Positions 54,839 to 64,000 of a stretch of 64,000 bases of DNA are shown piece by piece. Below the pieces are notes generated by a model, which saw only the letters and a program-made list of their open reading frames with translations, ran no database searches and was not told where the DNA came from. Every line of letters begins with the position of its first letter. Position 1 is the first letter of the stretch. The translations under genes and the position numbers were made by a program. Origin of the DNA: the human T2T-CHM13v2.0 reference genome, Homo sapiens; NCBI RefSeq assembly GCF_009914755.1, contig NC_060940.1, one strand, 5' to 3'.

Positions 54839-55571
54839 TGGTCACCTCTAACAAGGTAGATAGTGTTTCAGCTAAAAAAAAAATGGCTTTATGTTTTCTC
54901 AGGAAACATCCTCAGTGAAATTGCAAGTAGTTCACAGCCTGGCCCCATGGGTGGGCCTGGACTTTCTGGTGAAGGTTCTTCATTCAGAGCACAACACAGC
55001 ATGGGTTTAGCACAGTGGGGACACTTCAGTGTTCTGGGGGTTCAGAAGCTCTGGAGTGACCAGGAATCAGCAGTGAATCCCCGCATAGGGACTGTGCTGT
55101 CTCAAGGGTGATGGATGACTGAGCACACAGTAGCTTCTTCTCCACCCCCCTGTTCTGCTTTCTTCTGTGTTGGCTTCATTCACAGCAGAATTTCTCCTCG
55201 TGATGTCAAAAATGGCATCTGAGGTACCCACCATCCAAGAAGAGCTCACATTTTCCCCCCAGAGTTCTAGATAATGTGTTGGGTTTGTGTCCATCCCAAA
55301 CCACTCACACCACCCCTGATATGTGACCCTCTGATTTGCCTGGTCTAGATCCCAGGCCCATACCTGGGGACCATTGGTAGAGTCAGTGTCATCTGAACTA
55401 CCCAGGTTCCAGGCTAAGAATAGAGTGGGTGGTGGTCCCCAAAGAGGAGATGGGAACTTGCAAATGATGGGTTTGATTTTGAGCTCAGAATTCTTTGACC
55501 CCCCTGGGCTAGGTCAGATTTCCTAAAGATTGACTCTGGGACAAGCATTTATATGCTTCTGACGTATCAAG

Positions 55572-55931
55572 TATATTAGTCTGTTTTCACGCTGCTGATA
55601 AAGGCATACCCAAGTCTGGGAAGAAAAGAGGTTTAATAAACTTACAGTTCCACATAGTTGGGGAGGCTTCACAATCATGGCAGAAGGCAAGATGGAGCAA
55701 GTCAAATCTTGCGTGGATGGCAGCAGGCAAAGAGAGAGCTTGTGCAGGGAAACTCTCGTTTTTAAAACCATCAGATCTCATGAGACTCATTCACTATCAT
55801 GAAAACAGCACAGGAAAGACCTGCCCCCATAATCCAATCACCTGCTGCCGGGTTCCTCCCACAACAGGTGGGAATTGTGGGAGTTACAATTCAAGATGAG
55901 ATTTGTGTGGAAACACAGACAAACCATATCA
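55572..55931 (-). mobile_element. THE1B/C solo LTR with perfect 5-bp TSD
   Basis: tatattagtctgttttcacgctgctgataaag...aaaccatatca, flanked by tcaag on both sides. Confidence 0.92.
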
Positions 55932-57794
55932 TCAAGGATATATTCTCGGGGAAAATTTCTAAGTAACACAAGGAGGAAGAAAGATACGATTTCAGGCAAA
56001 GTACTATGGAAGTTAACTTCAGCCTGAATCCACAGGGGAACTTGGAGTGTAAGTTCCACTTTAGGATCTTCCCAAAACGAGGGAGCTGGGCCTATCAGCT
56101 CAGAGCTCACCTGGAGGAAGGTACACTTCTAGCCCCTTTGGCCCTTCCTTGGGTGTGCACACTCTCACTCTAGTAGCCCAAGGCAGTCCTGGGAAGAAGA
56201 GTTAAAGGTACCAATTACAGGTAGCAAAAGCACCCTGAAACACACCAGCAGCCGGGACTCTGGGCAGAGTATTGACTGATGGTGTTTACTAGAACCCCAG
56301 AGCTCATGCTTTTCTCTCTGTGTCATACTTCCCCATCCTCCAGTTGTCAGTCCAGATATTAACATGCTGCCTTTGCTTAGAGTGAGGTCACTTGGCTCTA
56401 AAATCCCCACATCAGAGAAAACTGAGGAATTTGATTAGTGTGGCACTGTTATGACCACTTACCAAAGAACCCTTTTGGTTGCCAAGCCAAATGTACTCTC
56501 TGTACAGAGTGGCCTCATCATTTCCTAAACGATTCTGCTATGTAGATGATCTCTGATTTACCAATTGCAGAAGCAAAGAGGCAAATAATTTAAATGGATG
56601 CGCTGGAGGGAACTTGGCTCTCCCGTCTTTTCCACCTCATGCTTGGAGAAGAGCTTCCCCTGGCAAGGGCAGCATGCATCATTACAGACTGGCACACATG
56701 ACCCTTGTGTGTCACTGGCAGTGTCTGCCCTCAGGACACCCATCTTGTCCTGGGAGGGGTGATGTGGTGGAACCAACCCCATTTCTCTCCCCATAACATA
56801 GTTGGCTCTGCTGCAGGGGGATTGTCTGTGGCCCCACTTTTCCTTGGCCAAACTCCCTTTATTACTAATGGACTTTTCCCCAGCACCTGCCCTAATTGTT
56901 TCTATGACAAACTGTTCTCCCTTCACTAGTTGTATCCAAGCCTTTGGTGTTCACCAACCATTTGAAGATGCAGACTGTGAAGTACTGAAAATTTTCCAAG
57001 CAGTCCTCAGCCCTAGTTAGGCAGTGGCTGGCTGTCTCCCCAGCCAGGCTCGCCCTCACTCCCAGATCTTTGTTTGAATGCTTTCCTCAACCAGAAACAA
57101 CACCTTCCCCAGCCTCATCACCTTCATGGCTCATACTTGCCCTACAAGGACTGTTGGTCATGTCCAGAATTGTTTTCACTTCTTCCATCCTTTCAATAGA
57201 AGAAAGGATCAAAAGAGTGAAAAATCAGGTGAAATACTGAATGAGTGAACAAATAAATGAAAGAATGAATGAATGAGCTCACCACATAACATCACACTTC
57301 ATCCACTGGTATTTTATTGTGTGTACTTTGGTACTTTTAAGTCATTTCCGCAATAACATGATGAGCTGCCCGGAGGAAAAGAGCTATATTTTTACTTCCC
57401 TCTGGAGAACAGTCTGATGCAATGTGGCTGCATGGACATAGCACTAAGCTGGAATTCAGGAGCCCAATCCTCCCCCCTACCACTCTTTGAATGAACTTGG
57501 ACCAGTTTTAGATCTTCTGGGCCTTCTTTTCCTAATGTGTGAAGTGAAGAGATTGGACTGGGAAAGCCAGCTCTGGGATAAAAGTCCAGTTTCCTCTCCC
57601 TGCCATCTGGGTAACCTTGGGAAAATACACAATCTCTCTGAGCAAACAAGAAAAGTCATTCCTACCTCATGAGCTGTTTTAAAGCCTTAATGATGTGATG
57701 TATGCCAGGTTCTTAGCCCATAGCTAATAATTATAGTCTCTGAGCTCCTGTACACATTGACATAGTGAGAATATTCATTTGAGAATGCTGTATT

Positions 57795-58118
<324 letters not shown>

Positions 58119-58144
58119 CTACCACAATTTCTCTTTCTAAAAAA

Positions 58145-58582
58145 TGCAAAGCCAATAAGCACATGAAAAGATGCACAACACAACTCATTAGGGAAATGCA
58201 AATCAAAACCACAATGAGATACCACTTCACACTTATTAGGATGGCCTTAAAAAGGAATTAAATTCTGATACACGCTGCAACATGGATGAACCTTAACTGA
58301 AATAAGCCAGACACAAAAGGACAAATACTATATGATTCCATTATATAAGGCACCTCATGCAGACAGAAAGTAGAATAGTGGTTGCAGGGTTTTACGGGGA
58401 CAGGGGAATGGGGAGTTTAGTGGGCACAGAGTTTCAGTTTGGAAAAATGAAAAATATCTGGAGACGGATGATGGTGATGGCTGCTCAGCAATGTGAATGT
58501 ACTTAATGCCACTGAAATATACACTTAAAATTGTTAAAATGGTAAATGTTTTGTTATTTCCATTTTACCATAATAAAAAAAA
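58145..58582 (+). mobile_element. L1MB-like 3' fragment with internal deletion
   Basis: gggaaatgcaaatcaaaaccacaatgagataccac joined to 3'UTR sequence ending in aataaaaaaaa. Confidence 0.8.
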
Positions 58583-59399
58583 TTATTTAGAGCAATGCAG
58601 AACAATTGCCACAAACCACGCTGAGGCTTCTTTGAGTGTGGCTCTTGCCAGGTGAAGGAGGCAGGTTTGTGCTAAAACAATAGAAACTGACTTGGTCTGG
58701 TCCTTGAATGCTGGTCTCGGCAGAGGGAAAGCTCTCAGCTGAAGCCAGGAACGTGCACATCATGAAGTTAGGCAGGGCTTCTCCATGGAAATTGACATTT
58801 ATTTGAAGACGTTAATGCTTGATTTGGCCTTACCCAGAAGTGACCTTCTACACAGGGCCAAAAGAAAAGTGATTTCTTTGATCGTCCATCTGACCCAAAA
58901 CTGAACTCCTGCCTTTTCCAATTCATTTTGAATCATGCTGTACTGGCCAAAGTGATTCCAGCTCTTAGCAAAGAACATTTCATATTTTACCAACAATTCT
59001 GGGCCAATTTCAGATCTGTTCACTTGAACAGCAAGAATAAAATCTGTGAGTTCTCTCTGGGTCTTTCTGATCTTAAGCAGTAGGGAGGGAAGGCAAGGGG
59101 AATATTTATAATTTGCGTGAAGCTTGGGGGACAGATGAGAATCGGAAACTCCTCCCTGCTTCAATGTGAACTGGCTCACTTGGGCCACATCTGAGTGGGA
59201 GGGAGACGGTGTAACTCGCAGTGCGGGGACTGGGATTCTTTCTTCCTCAGGTGAGGATCAGCATCTTCCCAGGCAAGAGGAGAATATGACTCTTCTGTGT
59301 TGTTTACAACACTTTGGGCTGCAAGTAACAGCAAGACCAACTAGAGTTGGATTAAACAACAAGGAAAATGTATCCTCTATAACAGGACAAGAAGAAGGA

Positions 59400-59736
59400 G
59401 CTATACAAAAGAATAAGATCATGTCCTTTACAGCAACATGGATGCAGCTGTAGGCCATCATTCTAAGTGAATTAACGCAGAAACAAAACCAAGTATCACA
59501 TGTTCTTGTAAGTGGGAGCTAAACATTGGGTGCACATGGACATAAAGATGGGAACAACAGACACTGGCGACTCCAAACGTGGGGAGGGAACAAGGATTGA
59601 AAAACTGACTATTGGGTATGTTTTCACTACTTGGGTAATGGGCACACCAGGAGCGCAAATCTCAGCATCACACAATATACCCATGTAACAAAACTGCATG
59701 CATACCCCCTGAATCTACAATTAAAAAAAAAAAAAA
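59400..59736 (+). mobile_element. Older L1PA/L1PB 3' end with poly(A)
   Basis: aagatcatgtcctttacagcaacatggatg...atacccatgtaacaaaactgcatgcatacccc-A tail; degenerate TSD gacaaga. Confidence 0.82.
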
Positions 59737-59959
59737 GACAAGAGGTAGGGTGACTTCAGGGTTGGTATATCAGCAGCTCCGTGCAGTAAGCAAGTCCCTG
59801 TGCTCTGTCCTTCTGTCTTGCTTCCTTCATGCTCACACGAGGCTGCTGACTCCCCAGATAGACCAGGCAACGGGAGGGTATGCCTTCCAGACCCCATCCC
59901 GACAACCAACAGACTTCCCCCTCATATGAATCATATCCCACGCCAATGCCCCAAATCGG

Positions 59960-60184
59960 AAGACAGCAACCTTTCTCTGTAAAGGAACAAGATAGTAAAT
60001 ATTTTGGGCTTTGAGGATATACATTTGGTCACAATCACTCCACTCTGCTGTTGGAATGTGAAAGCTGTCATAGGTAATGAATTAACAAATGAGCATGGTT
60101 GCATTCTGATGAAATTTTATTTATAAAAACAGGTGGGCTGGCTGGATTTGGCCTATGGGCTAATTTGTCCACACTTTTTCTAGA
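59960..60184 (+). mobile_element. MER58A
   Basis: cagcaacctttctctgtaaagg...ggatttggcctatggg. Confidence 0.8.
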
Positions 60185-60416
60185 CCAGGTAGCCTCAAAA
60201 TTAGCTCCAGGATACAAGTGTTGATGAAACAAGTCACAGGCAATTTGTTACCAATTTATAACCACATGCTTGTAAGTGGCTTATTCCATTCTCTGTTGGC
60301 ATCTACTATTCAAAAGGTCCTAATTCATAACATTGAGCATATGATCACCCAAAAGGCAGATGATATCAGAGCACAGCAAAGCTGGGGCACTGAAATAAAT
60401 GAGAATAAAAATTTCA

Positions 60417-60803
<387 letters not shown>

Positions 60804-61641
60804 CTATATTGAAAGTCAAGAATGAAAAAGACCTTAGCACTTTGTCCAAATTTTACAGATGGAATGGAGGTTCAGAGAAGGCAAGCTACTTTCCCCATAT
60901 CACACAGCCACTCAGTGGCAGAATGAAGATCCCAACCCAGGCTATAGTAGGTTGTTGTATTGTTCAAAATATTTGCTGCCCCTCCAAAGAGGAAGCTTAT
61001 ACAACTCCTGCTGGAATAAGCTTGGTCCTTGTGCCTTATGGTGGCCCTCCCTGTGGAGTAGGGTATATACCACCACCACTACCCACACTGTTGAACTCAG
61101 GAGCAGCCAGGCAATTTGTTTTGCCCATGAAATGTGGATGAAAGTAGCATGTATCACTTCCGATTGCCATGTCTGCCTGCCCTCTACCACAAAACATGAT
61201 GTTCCTGGCAGAGACTGCTCTGCTCCGCTGGGTCACAGAGTGAAGAGGATAAGCACAGTCACAGCTCACCTGTGATGGATGTGTCACATAAGCAAGAAAT
61301 AAGCCAGTGTGGTCTGGGGTCTTTTGTTACTGCAGCATAACTGAGTCTACCCAGACCAGTACTCAGGCTTTACAACACAGGCACTGCTCTTTCTCACCAG
61401 GAGGATTGCATTTCTAGCAGTGTTGCATGGAATTTAACAGCACATGTTTTATTTTTATTGTATGTATTTCTGTAGTGACGAGGTCTCACTTTGTTGCCCA
61501 GGCTGGTCTCATACTCCTGGAGGAGCACACTTTTTAGAGTCAACCTGCCTGGATTCAAATCTCACCAGTGGCTAACCTTGGTCAAGTTACTTTCTTGATG
61601 CCTCAGTTTCCTCATCAGTAATATAAGGATAACACTTGTAC

Positions 61642-62001
61642 TGTGTTAGTCTATTCAGGCTGATATAATAAAATATCTTAGACTGAGTAATTTATAAACA
61701 ACAGAAATTTATTGCTCACAGTTCTGGACGCTGGGAAATCCATGGTCGAGGTGCCAACAGATTTGGTGTTGAGTGAGGGCCCATTCCTCACAGATGATGC
61801 CTTCTATGTGTCCTCACATGGAGGAAGGGGTGAACAAGCTTCCCCAAGTCTCTTTTATAAGAGAGCCAATCCTATTCATGAGGTCTCCACCCTCATGACC
61901 TAATTAATCACCTCCTAAAGGCCCTACCTCTATACTGTCACACTGAGGATTATGTTTCAACAGGAGGATTTTGGGGGAACACAATGTTCAGATCATAGCA
62001 G
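61642..62001 (-). mobile_element. MSTD/MLT1A-like LTR, inserted in a MIR
   Basis: tgtgttagtctattcaggctg...ttcagatcatagca. Confidence 0.8.
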
Positions 62002-64000
62002 ACACCTACCCCACAGGGATATGTTCAGGATTTAATAACCTAAGCCTGTGCTTTGAGGAATTTGGCTAAATGGCTACTATTATTCTACATAGTCTCCCCT
62101 TGGCTGACATGGCAGTGATAGCAAGGGGTTGGGGTGGGAGAGGGGTTTGCTAAGATGGTTTCGTGTCTTATACATGCAAACAGCCAAACCCTCAGAAGTC
62201 ACTCTCCCCCAGGGATGATACTGATGACCATCACTGTCCTTGCAACAGGCCAAGGGGAAAGGACTGGAGGGGCTTTGTTGTGAAGGGGTTGGGAGCAGGG
62301 CCTGTGGAGCCAGACTGGTTAGGGTTCAAGCCCTATCTCTGTCCCTTCCTTCCTGGGCATCTGTAGATAAGTTACTAACCTCAGTGAGCCTCAAATCCCA
62401 TCTCATGGGGTGAGATGAGGATTCAGTGAAATAATTCATGGAAAAAATGCTTGTCACAGTCCTGGCACACTGCAAGGTCTCAGTAGACATCAGGATCAAT
62501 GTCGGTGTTCTTCTTCTGCCAGAGTAAACCAAAGCGAGTGTGGGCAGAAAAGGAGTCATAGGAGGTGATTCATCTCTCAATGCATCTGAAGGAGCAGCAG
62601 GGATCATTGTAGTCTATCCTCTGTCCTCATGAAAACACCACCTCTTGAAATCACAGACTGATTATCTGGCTGGTGTCCAGTTGGTAGAAAGTAAAGCATC
62701 CCTCCCTGACATTGCACAACTGTCATGGATTCCCATGGCCAGCACAGACTGCCCAGTCTGCTTGTCATATTGGGGAAGTTATCTTATGTCCATAAAGGTG
62801 ATGCCCACACTCAGCTGGGAGCAGCTGCTCAGAACGCTGTGGATGTGGGTTTAATGACCTTCAGTCAGGGTCATGCACCATGGGGGAAAGCTCAGATCAG
62901 GCAAAGATACACTGTGTCCCTTCACAGAGAGATCCACACTTGGCCTGGAGCTGCCCACAGAAGGAACCCCCTGGCTCACGTCCTTCTCAGCCACATGTCT
63001 TAGTGCACCCTCTGCTGAGGGCAGGATCCATTGCTGCCAAGCTGCTGGGCCAGGGCTTTCATGCAGTTGCCAGGTTATAAGCTCTACCTAAGGCCAGGTG
63101 TGCTCACCTCCCCGCTGGTTGGGTAGACCCCTGCCCAGGCCTGGCCGGAGGAGGGCTGGAGAATAATCGGTTGGAGGTTAACCTCACATGCCCAGCCCTT
63201 GAATTGCTGGCTGTTGGCTTTTTGGCCAGAAATCCAGATTAAGCTCTTAACATGCACACACACCTGGGAGGGGTGTCCGCCAGGCTCCACAGCTGTGTTT
63301 CAGCGAGTTCATTAGATGCTGTCATTCATGGCTGCCACAAGTGTTTCCCGAGTGCTTCCAGGTGCCAGGCACTCCTTCCTCCACGTCTGGGGAAGCAAGT
63401 ACGTGACCAACACTTACAAGGGAAGTGGGGTGGGGGGTTGTGGTCTGGAAGCTTTGCTGACCACACTGCCCTGAGCTACATTTAGAGCTCAGCCTGGGGC
63501 CTGGAAAGCAGGCCCAGGGAACCTCATGGGGCCTTCATTCCTGATGAATGAAAAACAGCCAGAACTCCCAGCGTGCCCCTTGGCGGCTACTACACAAGAG
63601 CTTGCTGGATTTTCTATAAATATTTTTTTCCCAAATGTCACCATGAGTTAGCAGCGCTCACTCCTGGGGCTGCTGGGAATACATCTTTACTGCTTCCATC
63701 AGAACCAGCCTCCAGGTTGGAGAGAAAGCTTTTTGTTTGGTAAGCGACTGTGAAGGTTCATTACTGAGTGAAGGGAGAAGGCAACAAGGGTCTATTGGAG
63801 GAAATAGTATGGAAATTGGAATATCTTCAGTGAAATAATTGCAAGGCGACATTTCAGGGTAATTTCCTACCGCGTTTTAACGACGAATAAAGAAGATATA
63901 AAAGTGTCATTTATAGAGAAACTCCAGCATTTTGTTTTCTTGGTTATTCTAACAGATCAATTGAAACATATAATATGATTTTTAAAAAAATTTTTGGCCA

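Noticed and set aside
58799-59188. 129-aa minus-strand ORF in non-repeat sequence
   Set aside because: No recognisable protein similarity and no convincing acceptor/donor pair

Overview
This is great-ape (most likely human) genomic DNA, judged from Alu, SVA and young L1 content. It is repeat-rich and looks intronic or intergenic; I could not recognise any host-gene exon. It opens with the 5' 2.3 kb of a young L1 (L1PA2/L1HS-like, minus strand) with an intact 5'UTR, ORF0, ORF1 and an open ORF2 start. Alus, MIRs, MaLR and ERV1 solo LTRs, old L1 3' ends and DNA-transposon relics follow. The standout is a 1.7-kb minus-strand retroposed chimera (39323-41031) bounded by one perfect 15-bp target-site duplication (TSD). 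It consists of PHLPP2 exon 1, a 93-nt exonised antisense Alu in place of exon 2, and two further PHLPP2 exons, spliced into the Alu-like acceptor of an SVA_A-type element, followed by VNTR, SINE-R and poly(A). It records an exon-trapping SVA with the same design as MAST2-SVA_F1 but from an older subfamily. Other oddities are a ~94% identical 89-bp inverted duplication inside an ancient LTR, a local ~300-bp duplication carrying a perfect 46-bp AT palindrome, and an apparent MER61/LTR8 hybrid LTR. Repeat subfamily names and PHLPP2 comparisons come from memory and need confirmation.
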